DNA from: an uncultured Chloroflexia bacterium
Lineage (GTDB): Bacteria > Chloroflexota > Limnocylindria > Limnocylindrales > CSP1-4
Reading direction: 5' to 3'
DNA: 64,000 nt
Assembly: GCA_963713975.1 (NCBI GenBank)
Contig: OY970218.1
Span: forward strand, 2,464,001 to 2,528,000
Made by a program: the position numbers and the translations under genes. Below are positions 28,818 through 38,388 of this stretch, piece by piece. Numbering within the stretch: position 1 is the first letter of the stretch; each line of letters starts with the position of its first letter. The notes beneath the pieces were generated by a model. It saw only the letters and a list, made by a program, of their open reading frames with translations. It searched no databases and was not told where the DNA came from.

Positions 28818-30440
28818 TCAGTCGACCTGCACCGACACCTGGTCGCGCCCACGCGCCCCGTCCGGATCCGGTCGTGTCACGTCGGCGGTCTGGACCTGGC
28901 CCGTGCCATCCGTCGCCCGGACGGTGAAGGTGTGATGGCCGGCCGTCGCGGGCCAGGCGAACTTCCACTGGACCCATGTCTGGGGGCCCAGGGCGGTGGC
29001 CAGCGTCGCAGGCTGCCAGTCGCCGTCGTCGACCTGGATCTCCACCTTCGAGATGCCCCGGTCGGGCGCCCAGGCGACCCCTGCCACCGCGATGACATCG
29101 CCCACGCGCCGCTGGGTATTGGGGCGGGGCACGTCGATCCGGGCCTGGGTCAGGATCGGTGCCTCCTTCGCCCAGCCGCGCGGCACCCAGTAGGCGTCGA
29201 AAGCCTCGAGGGTCGTGAGCTCGAGCTCGCTCAGCCACTTGGTGGCCGACACGTAGCCGTACAGCCCGGGGACGATCAGCCTGGCCGGGAATCCGTGATC
29301 CGGCGGGAGCGGGACGCCGTTCATCTTGACGGCGATCAGGGCGTCACGCGGCCGGTCCGGCTCGGTGACCCAGGCGGTGGGGAAGCCGGCCGTCCAGCCA
29401 TCCACGGAGCGGGGCACGATCTGGGTCGCACCGTCCTTGATCCCCGCCATGGCCAGGACGTCCGTCAGCCGGACACCCGTCCACTTCGCGTTGCCCACGA
29501 GGTTGCCACCAACCTCGTTGCTGACACACGCGATGGTGACGTACTGCTCGACCAGCGGGAGCTGGACCAGATCCTCGTAGGTGAGGACGACCTCCCGATC
29601 CACCATGCCGAAGACCCGGAGCTTCCAGGTATCGATGTCGACCGACGGTGTCACGAGCGCCGTGTCGATCCGGTAGAACTCGTCGTTGGGGACCACGAGC
29701 GGTGTCAGGCCCTCCAGTCCGAAGGCGTTGTCCGGCGTGATCGACGGCGCGGGTTCGACCGCGTCCGGGACCCCGATGCTCGCGGCGCGCTCGTTCAGCG
29801 AGCGCTGGTCCAGCATCGAGCGCCCGGCGAAGTGGCCCACGAGTGCCAGCGCTCCGAGCGCCCCGGCCCGGACGAGGAACCCTCGGCGCGTGGCATCGGC
29901 GCCCGGGGTGCCGGCGCGATCCACCGGGCCGGCCGGGGCCTGGGGCTGCGGGCGGGCGGCCCCCAGCAGGTAGACCAGGACCATGAGCCCCACGCCGACC
30001 TGCAGGGCGGCCGAGAGCGCCACCAGGGGCAGCGATGCTGTCGGGTCCCGCAGCGCCGCGAGCGCGCCGACCCCGACCAGGGCGACGATCGCCGCACCGG
30101 CAGCCGGCAGGCTGTGTCGCGCCAGCAGCCCGATCCCGGCCCCGATGGCGAGCACGGTCGCCGCGACCAGGATCAGCAGCGCCAGCTTGTCGTTCGTGCC
30201 GAACAGCGCGACGATCACGTCCTTCGAGCCCGGCGGCGCGAGGTCGATGACGGTCGCACCAACGGCGACCAGCGGCGACGGCGCCCCCACGACCAGGCCC
30301 GCGACCAGCTCGCCCGTTGCCAGCGAGGCGCCTGCGGCAACCACGCCGGAGATCGCCGCGGCCCAGCGTGCGGGTCGGGCGTCGGGCGGGGCGGTTGCGT
30401 CGGGAGCTTCGGTCGTGGTTGGCGCGGCGGGGTCGGTCAT
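28818..30440 (-). CDS. Membrane-anchored molybdopterin oxidoreductase (sulfite oxidase family)
   Basis: N-terminal TMs, FYRIDTA, CVSNEVGG with Mo-ligand Cys, HGFPARLIVPGLYGYVSATKW. Confidence 0.9.
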   Translation of the reverse strand: MTDPAAPTTTEAPDATAPPDARPARWAAAISGVVAAGASLATGELVAGLVVGAPSPLVAVGATVIDLAPPGSKDVIVALFGTNDKLALLILVAATVLAIGAGIGLLARHSLPAAGAAIVALVGVGALAALRDPTASLPLVALSAALQVGVGLMVLVYLLGAARPQPQAPAGPVDRAGTPGADATRRGFLVRAGALGALALVGHFAGRSMLDQRSLNERAASIGVPDAVEPAPSITPDNAFGLEGLTPLVVPNDEFYRIDTALVTPSVDIDTWKLRVFGMVDREVVLTYEDLVQLPLVEQYVTIACVSNEVGGNLVGNAKWTGVRLTDVLAMAGIKDGATQIVPRSVDGWTAGFPTAWVTEPDRPRDALIAVKMNGVPLPPDHGFPARLIVPGLYGYVSATKWLSELELTTLEAFDAYWVPRGWAKEAPILTQARIDVPRPNTQRRVGDVIAVAGVAWAPDRGISKVEIQVDDGDWQPATLATALGPQTWVQWKFAWPATAGHHTFTVRATDGTGQVQTADVTRPDPDGARGRDQVSVQVD

Positions 30441-30453
30441 CGGTCACCAGTAT

Positions 30454-30483
30454 GTTCGCTGCAGGCGGGCCGGCGGATCGGTC
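30454..30483 (-). promoter_or_regulatory. SigK-like ECF promoter, copy 2
   Basis: GACCGATCC-N16-CGAAC, 13 nt before the ATG at 30440. Confidence 0.6.
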
Positions 30484-30627
30484 ATGGCCGGCGGATCGCG
30501 CCATGGCCCGCGGATCAGGCCGCGCCACGAATCTGCGGCCGACGCGTGACGCCTTCGTGACGGGCAACGGCACCCCCGTGGCCCCGGGGGCACGCTCCGG
30601 GCTACGATCGGGACGGCGCCGCCGGTC

Positions 30628-31325
30628 GTGTGGCGCGACCGCGTGAGGTGCGGCGTGCCGCTCGAGCCACGGTTCGGCCTGTTCATGAGCCAGGCGGACA
30701 AGCCCTGGAGCCAGGTGCGCGACGAGTTCCGCCTCGCAGACGAGCTGGGCTTCGACCACGCGTGGCTGGTCGACCACCTGTTGGACACGGACGGCCCGCC
30801 CGAGAACGGGTGCCTGGAGGCGTGGACCCTGCTGGCGGCGCTCGCCGCGGAGACCCGTCGTATCCGGCTCGGGGTCCTGGTGTCGTCCAACACGTTCCGC
30901 CATCCGTCGCTGCTCGCGAAGCAGGCCGTCACGGTGGACCACGTCAGCGGCGGGCGGCTGATCCTGGGCATCGGGGCGGGCTGGCATGCGGACGAGCACC
31001 GCCGGAGGCGCGCACTACCGGCTGGACGACGCGGTGTTCCAGCCGCGTCCCGTGCAGCAGCCCCGGATCCCGCTGCTGATCGCCGCCCACCGGCGCCGCA
31101 TGATCCGCCTGGCGGCGCGCTACGCGGACCAGTGGGACACCTTCCCGGAGATCCCCGGAGGTCGTGGCCGACGAGGCCGCCAACGAGGCGTTCGCACGAC
31201 GCCACCTCGCGCTGGGCTTCACGGATGTCTCGGTCGTCCCCCGTGGGGTCGCCGAGGCGCGCCTGCGCCGGATCGCTGACGAGATCCTGCCCGCCCTGCG
31301 CTCCGAGTTCGCGCCCGCCGGCTGA
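30628..31325 (+). pseudogene. LLM-class (luciferase-like) oxidoreductase pseudogene with two frameshifting internal deletions
   Basis: N-part (…[19 protein letters not shown]), middle part (GAHYRLD…ADQWDTF) and C-part (…[12 protein letters not shown]…TGA 31323-31325) lie in different frames, with segments missing between them. Confidence 0.8.
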
Positions 31326-31358
31326 GGTCGCTCGCCGGCTGAGGTCGCCCGGCGGGGG

Positions 31359-34181
31359 TCAGGTCGGGGTCGGCGCGGGCGTGGGTGCCACGGTCGGCGT
31401 CGGTGCCGGGGTCGGCGGTGCCACAGTCGGCGTCGGTGCGGGCGTGGGCGCCACCGTTGGCGCGGGTGTGGGCGTCGCTGGGATCGGCGTCGGCGTGGGT
31501 TCCGGGGTCAGCGTCGGAGCCTCGGACGGCGGGGCCGACGCGGAATCCGATGGCGACGGGCAGACCACGGGCGTCGCGAACGGATCCACCGTCGCGAACG
31601 GATCCACGGATGCCGATGGATCGGGTGAGGCGCACGGGTCCACGGTCGGGGTCGGCGACGGCGACGGCGACGCGCACCCGGCACCGCCCACGAGCGCGCC
31701 CCACGAGCGGCCGTAGGGCACGAACGAGCCGTTGTAGAAGTAGCTGGTCCGGGTGCCCTCAGGGCCGCCCCTGCGACCCGGGCCCTTCTCGGCGCGGGCG
31801 AGCCACTCGTTGTTCGCGGCCATCCAGTTGGCGTGCTCATCCTCGAACCCGGCCACGAACAGCACCTGCTCGCCGCAGGCATCGGCGGCCAGGCGCTCGG
31901 TCGGCGCGGTGCCCGCGAGGAACAGCGACTCGACGGTGGGGCCGCCACCGGGCAGCAGCCCCGTCCACGGGTCGACCGCCGCCGTGGTGAGGCCGCCCGG
32001 CTCGCGGAAGCCGTTGATGTTCCAGCCCGCGGTGGCCTCCTGGAGGAAGCCCTGCCACACGTAGGTCGTGACGTCGATCGAGAACAGCGGGTCGCTCGGC
32101 GTGCTGACAACCGTGTTGTCGGAGTTGCCGTTCCAGGCACCGACCGCAAGCGCGTACTCGCCGGCGGCCCGCTCCTTGGCGCTCGGCGCCCCGATGTAGC
32201 CATAGGCGTTCAGGTCCTTGGCGTCGTTGTTGGTGCCGGTCTTGAGGGTCGCCGGCCGACGCCGGTTGCCCTCGGTCAGCCGGAACTCGCCCCAGTAGGG
32301 GTTCACCTTGGGATCCGTGTTGCCGGCGAGGATGTCGGTCATGACCCCGGCCGCGCCCGCATCCAGCGCCTGTGTCGGGGCCGGCGTGTCGGCTGGACCG
32401 AGGACCTCCGTGCCGTTGCTGTCCGTGGCAGTGATGATGGTGGTCTGGGCGACGAGCGAGCCGCCATTGGCGAGCGCTCCATAGGCCCGGACGAGGTCCT
32501 TGGGCAGCACCTCCTCGACACCGAGGGCGAACGACAGGCCCGCGTCGACTTGGCCGTCCTTGAAGGTGACGCCCATCTCCTCGGCCTTGGCCTTGACGGT
32601 GTCGTTCCCGATCACCGCCATCGCCTTGACGGCGGGGATGTTGAGCGAGAAGCGCAGGGCGTCGGTCACCCGGACGGGACCCCGCTCCAGGTTGTCGGCG
32701 TCGGTGGGCGTGTAGCCCCTGCCGAAGTCGGTGACCACGTCCATGAACATCGTCGAAGCAGTGATGATCCGGGCGTCGATGCCGGTGGCGTACACGATCG
32801 GCTTGAACGCGGAGCCCGGCTGGCGCCAGCCGTCGGCCAGCACGTCGAATCGGGGCTGCATCTTCTTGGTGGCCTTGAGGGCCGAGGGGTCGGCGGACCC
32901 CTGGTAGGCCACGATCTCGCCCGTTTGGTAGTCCATGGCGATCAGCGCGCCGTTGTACAGCCGCTTGTCCCTGAGGTTCGCGATCCAGCTCTCGTAGGTC
33001 AGGCCGCGGGCCTTGGCCGCCGCCCGCGGGCTCTTGGCATGCGGGACGATGGTGGCCGCCTGGACCCATTTCTCGGCCAGGGCCTGAAGCCGCATGTCGA
33101 TCGTGCTCCGGATCACGAGCCCGCCGCGCTCGAGGATGGGGCACGTCTCGGCGCCGTCGCACAGGCGCGTCGTGAGCTCCGCCCGGACCTGGCGGACGAA
33201 CTGCGGGATCACCCAGACGGAGGACCGCTGGGTCGCCAGGACCACCTTCTCGGCCTTGGCCGCCGCGTAGTCCGCCGAGGTGAAGGCGTCACCGGTGAGC
33301 GGCGTGCCGCCCGCCGCGGCCATCTGGTCCAGCACGAAGTTGCGGCGGACCACGATCGGGGCATCCGGCGGCACGACGAGCTGGGTCGCGGTGCAGGTCT
33401 CGTCGGTCTGCGTCGGGTCCACGCACTCCTCGATGGCGTTCTGGACCAGGTCATAGGAGGAGGGCGCCTTGGGCAGGGCGGCGAGGATGGCCGCCTGGGC
33501 CAAGGTCAGGTCCTTGAGCTCCACCCCGAAGTACTCGCGGGCCGCCGCCGCCACGCCGTACGACTCGTTGCCGTAGTAGTTCTGGTTGAGATAGGCGGCC
33601 ATGATCCGCTGCTTGCCCGCCTCGCCCGGATACGCCTGCGTCACGCGGATCGACTGGATGATCTCCTTGATCTTCCGGGACGCGGTGACCTCGATCTGGG
33701 CGGTGCCGTCGTCCGACAGCAGACGCTGGCGGACCAGCTGCTGGGTGATCGTGGAGGCGCCGCGCGCGCGGCCGCGCAACGCGTCGAAGCCTGCGGCCAT
33801 GATGCCCACCGGATCGAAGCCCGAGTTCTCCCAGAACGTCCGGTCCTCGACGGCGGTCGTGGCATCCACCAGCACCGGCGGCACCTGGTCGAACGTGACC
33901 ACCGCCCGGTTGAACTCGCCGAAGCGGGCCAGCTCGGTTGCGCCGGTCCGGTCGTACACCACGGACTGCTCGGGGAGCTCGATCTGCTCGAGCGCCGTCG
34001 GGGCAGGTAGCCCGGTGCTCATGCTCGCGTACGTGGTCACGGCCAAGGCGGCGCCCGTGGCCCCGAGGAGCGCGAGTGCCGCGAACAGCACGAGCCCCAT
34101 GGTGGCGGCCGCGCCAATTCCGCGGCGTCGTGTCGATCGAGGCCGGCCCTCCGCGGGCTGGCTGGACGGGTCGTCGTACAT
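31359..34181 (-). CDS. Class A penicillin-binding protein (PBP1A-like) with a Pro/Thr-rich C-terminal tail
   Basis: Transglycosylase motifs EDRTFW and GASTITQQL; transpeptidase motifs SAFK, SLN, KTGT; start moved to ATG 34181. Confidence 0.92.
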   Translation of the reverse strand: MYDDPSSQPAEGRPRSTRRRGIGAAATMGLVLFAALALLGATGAALAVTTYASMSTGLPAPTALEQIELPEQSVVYDRTGATELARFGEFNRAVVTFDQVPPVLVDATTAVEDRTFWENSGFDPVGIMAAGFDALRGRARGASTITQQLVRQRLLSDDGTAQIEVTASRKIKEIIQSIRVTQAYPGEAGKQRIMAAYLNQNYYGNESYGVAAAAREYFGVELKDLTLAQAAILAALPKAPSSYDLVQNAIEECVDPTQTDETCTATQLVVPPDAPIVVRRNFVLDQMAAAGGTPLTGDAFTSADYAAAKAEKVVLATQRSSVWVIPQFVRQVRAELTTRLCDGAETCPILERGGLVIRSTIDMRLQALAEKWVQAATIVPHAKSPRAAAKARGLTYESWIANLRDKRLYNGALIAMDYQTGEIVAYQGSADPSALKATKKMQPRFDVLADGWRQPGSAFKPIVYATGIDARIITASTMFMDVVTDFGRGYTPTDADNLERGPVRVTDALRFSLNIPAVKAMAVIGNDTVKAKAEEMGVTFKDGQVDAGLSFALGVEEVLPKDLVRAYGALANGGSLVAQTTIITATDSNGTEVLGPADTPAPTQALDAGAAGVMTDILAGNTDPKVNPYWGEFRLTEGNRRRPATLKTGTNNDAKDLNAYGYIGAPSAKERAAGEYALAVGAWNGNSDNTVVSTPSDPLFSIDVTTYVWQGFLQEATAGWNINGFREPGGLTTAAVDPWTGLLPGGGPTVESLFLAGTAPTERLAADACGEQVLFVAGFEDEHANWMAANNEWLARAEKGPGRRGGPEGTRTSYFYNGSFVPYGRSWGALVGGAGCASPSPSPTPTVDPCASPDPSASVDPFATVDPFATPVVCPSPSDSASAPPSEAPTLTPEPTPTPIPATPTPAPTVAPTPAPTPTVAPPTPAPTPTVAPTPAPTPT

Positions 34182-34255
34182 CGTGAGGAAGTGTGCGGTG
34201 GAACGGCGGATCGTGCCAGCGGGGGCCGGTCGGGCGCCGCGAGAGTGTCCGCCGA

Positions 34256-34723
34256 CTACGCCTTCGCCAGGGCCTGGAGTAGCCGGTCCACGAACACCGA
34301 CTGGGCAGGGCTCAGGCGCCGGCGGGCCTCTGCCGGGTCCGCCCACAGCACCCGGTCGATCTCGGGCACGGTGATCAGCTGACCGGTCTTCGGGGGCCAC
34401 TCCACCTCGACGGTCATGCTCCGCACGCGTCTCGGATCGAGGTCCCCTTCGATGCCCCACGCATGGACAATCTTGCCCGAGCGCATGCGCACCTCGCCCA
34501 GGTCGATCGGGTCGCCGTTCGGCGGATTGTGCCCGGTCTCCTCCTCGAACTCGCGACGGGCGGCGTCGAAGAGGTCCTCATGGTCGTTGGCCGCGCCCTT
34601 GGGCAGCGACCAGGCGCCGGCGTCGCGTCGAGCCCAGATGGGGCCACCCGGATGGGCGACGAGCACCTCGATGTCGTCACCCGAGCGACGATAGAGGAGC
34701 AGGCCGGCGGACAGCTTGGGCAT
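34256..34723 (-). CDS. NUDIX hydrolase
   Basis: HPGGP.W and WSLPKG...AARREFEEETG Nudix box. Confidence 0.9.
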   Translation of the reverse strand: MPKLSAGLLLYRRSGDDIEVLVAHPGGPIWARRDAGAWSLPKGAANDHEDLFDAARREFEEETGHNPPNGDPIDLGEVRMRSGKIVHAWGIEGDLDPRRVRSMTVEVEWPPKTGQLITVPEIDRVLWADPAEARRRLSPAQSVFVDRLLQALAKA

Positions 34724-34773
34724 GAGGCTCTCACAGCTCGAGCAGGAGGCTCTCGAGGACTCGCGGGGCACAC

Positions 34774-34959
34774 GAAAGCGCCCGAAGGAACCGTACCGCA
34801 CCGCCTCGCCCACGACCTTGCCGAGCAAGCTCGGCCCTGTCGCAGCGGCTCCGTCTCCAGCCACCCCGCCAGCCTTGCGGCCACCGTGGCGGCGGTCCGG
34901 GGACCCGGTCCGATCATTGCTGACCGGTCCGGTGTCGGTGCCACCGGCCCCTTCGGGCA
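34774..34959 (-). ncRNA. Candidate ~185-nt structured ncRNA (6S-like size and closing stem, or a new class)
   Basis: 14-bp terminal helix (34958-34945 with 34793-34780), GCAA, GCAA and G(CUUG)C tetraloop hairpins, G-U pairs possible only on the minus strand, a promoter at the 5' end and a short U tract at the 3' end. Confidence 0.7.
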
Positions 34960-34965
34960 AACCGA

Positions 34966-34994
34966 ACGATATCGGCGGGGGCCTGGGGTGCCAA
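34966..34994 (-). promoter_or_regulatory. Sigma70-type promoter of the candidate ncRNA
   Basis: TTGGCA-N17-TATCGT; the predicted TSS coincides with the first base of the closing helix. Confidence 0.6.
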
Positions 34995-34999
34995 CCGGG

Positions 35000-35074
35000 T
35001 TGTCCACGACTTTGACGGATTCGGGCGCGAAGTTGTCCACGATGTCGGGCCGGTCGTGGACAAGCTGTGGACAG
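35000..35074. promoter_or_regulatory. Cluster of four DnaA-box-like 9-mers
   Basis: TTGTCCACG at 35000 and 35033; inverted CGTGGACAA at 35055 and TGTGGACAG at 35066; each has one mismatch to TTGTCCACA. Confidence 0.7.
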
Positions 35075-35127
35075 GGGGTCGTTTCCGGGGGAGGCGCCGG
35101 CCCCCGCGCTGAGCGCGTGCCGCCAGC

Positions 35128-35266
35128 CGGTTCAACCGTCAGGTGAGCGCTCGTTCGAGCCGCTCCGCGACACGTTCCTGGGGGCCCGGGGCGGATCAGG
35201 GCGTCGGCACCCGACGGGTGCGCCGGCCAGCGGCGCAAACGGGCAGGCACCCAACCGTTCAACCGG
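35128..35266 (-). repeat. Palindromic dispersed repeat, copy B (139 bp)
   Basis: The reverse complement aligns end to end with 44932-45070. Confidence 0.7.
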
Positions 35267-35328
35267 GCAGCGGCTCCTGGGGCGCCAGGCGCGGTTGGCC
35301 CCGGCGCCCCAAACCACGCGACGCCCGG

Positions 35329-35961
35329 TCAGTCATCGTCGGCGACGACACCCCTGGCAGAGCGGGCCGGCGCAACCTCGTGGTGCCGCAGGCAGCGAGC
35401 CTCGTAGGTCTCGATGGCACGTCCATCGAACCCGCCGATGACGATCAGCGGGTCGTCGATCGCGGCCGGCCGGCCGCCCACCAGGCGCTGGGTGCGGGTC
35501 GCGGTCTCGCCGCATACCACGCAGATCGCCGAGAGCATCGTGATCTGGTCGGCCGTCGCCAGCAGCATGGGCATCGGGCCGAACGGGCGCCCCGCGAAGT
35601 CCGTGTTCAGGCCGCTCGCGATGACATGGCGGCCGCTGTGGCGCAGCGTCTCCGCGGTCTGGGAGAGGCTGGCGTCGAAGAATTGCGCCTCCTCGATGCC
35701 GACGAGATCCACGTCGCGCTCGCGCGCCAGCGACAGGATCGCGACCGGCTCACCCTTGGGCACCAGGACGGACGGGAAGCGCGCGTGGCTCCGGCTCTCG
35801 GCGTACTCGCCGGGCGTGCGGTCGTCCACATCGGGGCGCACGAGCAGGATGCGGCGCTTCGCGATCTCGGCGCGGCGGAGGAGGCGCAGCAGCTCGTCGG
35901 TCTTGCCGGACGACATGCAGCCGGCGATGACGTGGAGCCAGGGATCGGCGCGGTAGAGCAC
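35329..35961 (-). CDS. tdk: Thymidine kinase (TK1-like)
   Basis: GCMSSGKT, EEAQFF, SGLNTDF...PFG, Zn motifs CVVC and YEARCLRH. Confidence 0.92.
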   Translation of the reverse strand: MLYRADPWLHVIAGCMSSGKTDELLRLLRRAEIAKRRILLVRPDVDDRTPGEYAESRSHARFPSVLVPKGEPVAILSLARERDVDLVGIEEAQFFDASLSQTAETLRHSGRHVIASGLNTDFAGRPFGPMPMLLATADQITMLSAICVVCGETATRTQRLVGGRPAAIDDPLIVIGGFDGRAIETYEARCLRHHEVAPARSARGVVADDD

Positions 35962-36030
35962 GGATCGAATTACCGGCTTCGCGGCCATTCGGCGGGCGCG
36001 GTTGCGCGTCGGGCGCGGTACCGTGGCAGG

Positions 36031-37023
36031 GTGAGCGCGATCTCGGTCGATGGGCTGACCAAGCACTACCTGACGGGCGGGTGGGGCAGGGGAGCCCGAC
36101 GCCCCATCCACGCCCTCGAGGACGTGACCCTGGAGGTCCGTCCGGGCGAGATCTTCGGGTTCCTGGGCCCGAACGGTGCGGGCAAGTCCACCCTCATCCG
36201 GCTGCTCCTGGGCTACCTCCACCCGACCGCGGGCCGGGCGAGCGTCCTGGGCCTGGACATCGAGCGCGACTCGGTCGCCATCCGGTCCCGCACGGGCTAC
36301 CTGCCCGGTGGCATCGCCCTCGACGACGGGCTGACGGGCGAGCGCCACCTGGACGATCTCGCGGCCCTCTCGGGCAGGCCGCCGGTGCGCCGGAAGGAGA
36401 TCTGCGATCGCCTGGAGCTGAGCGACCGCATCCTGCGTCGCCCGATCCACGGCTACTCACGGGGCATGCGCCAGAAGGTCGGGATCGTGCAGGCGCTGCA
36501 GCACGACCCGGAGCTGGCGATCCTCGACGAGCCCTCCGAGGGCCTGGACCCGCTCATGCAGCGCGCGTTCTACGGAGTCCTCGAGGACCTGCGGGCCGAC
36601 GGGCGGACGGTCTTCTTCTCGTCGCACATCCTGTCCGAGGTGGAGCGCGTCTGTGATCGGGTCGCGATCGTCCGCGGCGGGCGCCTGGTGGCGACCGAGG
36701 ACGTGGGCACGCTCCTCGCGCAGCGCAAGCGCCGGGTGGAGCTCCGCTTCGACGGGGAGGCTCCGGTGCTCGCGGCCGTCGATGGCGTGTCCGGCCTGGC
36801 GGTCGAGGCGGGCCGCCTGACCTGCGCCCTCGTCGGCGACCCTCGCCCGTTCCTTGCCGCCATCGCCGGTGCGGCGGTCACGGACCTCGTCATCGAGCCC
36901 TCGCGACTGGAGGACGCGTTCCTCGAGCTATACGCGGGCGAGGAGGCTGCCGAGGTCGCGGCGGACGAGGTAACGGGCAACCCCGGAGACACGGACCCGC
37001 CCGACCACGGAGCGCAGCGGTGA
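36031..37023 (+). CDS. ABC transporter ATP-binding protein
   Basis: GPNGAGKST, YSRGMRQ, ILDEP and SSH motifs; TACCGT 6 nt upstream of the GTG. Confidence 0.93.
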   Translation: MSAISVDGLTKHYLTGGWGRGARRPIHALEDVTLEVRPGEIFGFLGPNGAGKSTLIRLLLGYLHPTAGRASVLGLDIERDSVAIRSRTGYLPGGIALDDGLTGERHLDDLAALSGRPPVRRKEICDRLELSDRILRRPIHGYSRGMRQKVGIVQALQHDPELAILDEPSEGLDPLMQRAFYGVLEDLRADGRTVFFSSHILSEVERVCDRVAIVRGGRLVATEDVGTLLAQRKRRVELRFDGEAPVLAAVDGVSGLAVEAGRLTCALVGDPRPFLAAIAGAAVTDLVIEPSRLEDAFLELYAGEEAAEVAADEVTGNPGDTDPPDHGAQR

Positions 37024-37835
37024 CCGGCCTGCTCAGCCTTCCGCTCCTCCGCCGGACGTGGCGTGCCCAGCGATCCCGCCTCGGCCTGGTCGCGCTGGCG
37101 CTCGGCGTGTGGGGGTTCCTGATGCCCGTGATCTACGCCACGTTCGGGCGCCAGCTGTCGGTCATCCTCGATACGGGGATCATCCCGGATGCGTTCCTGC
37201 GGCTCATGGGCGCCGACCCGTTCAGCCTCGAGGGTGCCGTGGCGCTCGGCTGGGTGCACCCCATCGCCATCGGGCTGCAGGTCATCTTCCCGATCGGGCT
37301 CGGGGCGGCGGCGATCGCGGGCGAACGCCAGCGCGGGACGCTGGAGGTGCTGCTCTCGCGGCCCCTGTCGCGGCGGCGGCTGTTCACGACCTACCTTGCG
37401 GCCCTGATCGGCTTTGGCGCGATCACCACGGCCGCGGTCCTCGTGGGCACCCTCGCGAGTGCCGCGGTCTACGGCGTGACAGGGGAGCTCGACGCTGGCG
37501 CGCTGGGGTTCCTGGCGGTCAACACCGTCCTGCAGCTGGCCGCGTTCTCGGCGCTGGCGCTGGCAGCATCGGCATCATCGGACCGGCTGGCGCCGGCGCT
37601 CGGGTTTGGCCTGGCGGTCCTGCTGCTGGGGTACGTCCTGCAGGTCCTGGGCACGATCTGGCCGGATGCGGCGTTCCTCCAGCCGCTCTCACCGTTCCAC
37701 TACCTGCGCCCGCTGGAGGTGCTGAGCGGCCGCGCCGAGCCGATGGACCTCGTCGTCCTCGCCGGCGTCACCTTCGTGGCCGCGGCCTGGGGGCTGTGGC
37801 ACTTCCCGCGTCGGGACCTCGCCGCGCCAACCTGA
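37020..37835 (+). CDS. ABC-2 type permease
   Basis: GERQRGTLEVLLSRPLSR, about 6 TM, C-terminal RRDL. Confidence 0.9.
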   Translation: MTGLLSLPLLRRTWRAQRSRLGLVALALGVWGFLMPVIYATFGRQLSVILDTGIIPDAFLRLMGADPFSLEGAVALGWVHPIAIGLQVIFPIGLGAAAIAGERQRGTLEVLLSRPLSRRRLFTTYLAALIGFGAITTAAVLVGTLASAAVYGVTGELDAGALGFLAVNTVLQLAAFSALALAASASSDRLAPALGFGLAVLLLGYVLQVLGTIWPDAAFLQPLSPFHYLRPLEVLSGRAEPMDLVVLAGVTFVAAAWGLWHFPRRDLAAPT

Positions 37836-37869
37836 TCGGCACCGCCCGACCCGCCCCGTTGCCCTTGCC

Positions 37870-38388
37870 ATGGAGGCACACCAGATGAGCATTCCCCTGA
37901 CCCCCGAGGAGCGGCGCTTCGTGCCGGACGACTTCGTTCCGCCCCTGGGCCTCGACCATCCCGCGTTCCGGCTTCGGCCCCTCGGGCCCGAGCACAACGC
38001 CTCCGACTACGCCGCCTGGACCTCGAGCATCGAGCACATCCGCTCGACGCCGGGGTTTCCCGATGGAGGGTGGCCGCGCCCGATGACGCCCGAGGAGAAC
38101 CTGGCCGACCTGGTCCGGCACGCGGGCGACTTCGCGGCCCGACGAGGGTTCACGTACACCGTGCTCGCACCCACCGATGACGATCCGCCGCTGGTCATCG
38201 GCTGTGTCTACATCTACCCGGCGCACGGCCCCGGCGCCCACGTCCAGTCCTGGGTCCGCGCCGCGGACGCCGATCTCGACCCGATCCTCGCCGGCGCGGT
38301 CTCGGCGTGGCTGGCCGAGGCGTGGACGTTCGAGCAGGTCGACTACGCGGGGCGCTCGGGGACCCGAGACGCCATCATGGGCGCATGA
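37870..38388 (+). CDS. GNAT-like hypothetical protein
   Basis: LRPLGPEHNASDYAAW...GFTYTV...IGCVYIYP pattern. Confidence 0.7.
   Translation: MEAHQMSIPLTPEERRFVPDDFVPPLGLDHPAFRLRPLGPEHNASDYAAWTSSIEHIRSTPGFPDGGWPRPMTPEENLADLVRHAGDFAARRGFTYTVLAPTDDDPPLVIGCVYIYPAHGPGAHVQSWVRAADADLDPILAGAVSAWLAEAWTFEQVDYAGRSGTRDAIMGA

Noticed and set aside
30628-31716. Intact 362-aa LLM protein as given in the ORF track
   Set aside because: Homology leaves this frame at about 31005; the remainder is out of frame or antisense to the PBP1A tail
14479-34010. Long plus-strand ORFs 14479-16863, 27906-30560 and 31833-34010
   Set aside because: Antisense to well-supported genes; no recognisable motifs
34724-34960. N-terminal extension of the NUDIX ORF
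   Set aside because: The family N-terminus begins at MPKLSAG (34723); the upstream sequence is better explained as a structured RNA
35000-35074. oriC
   Set aside because: Only four boxes, no AT-rich unwinding element and no dnaA/dnaN nearby; kept as a regulatory cluster
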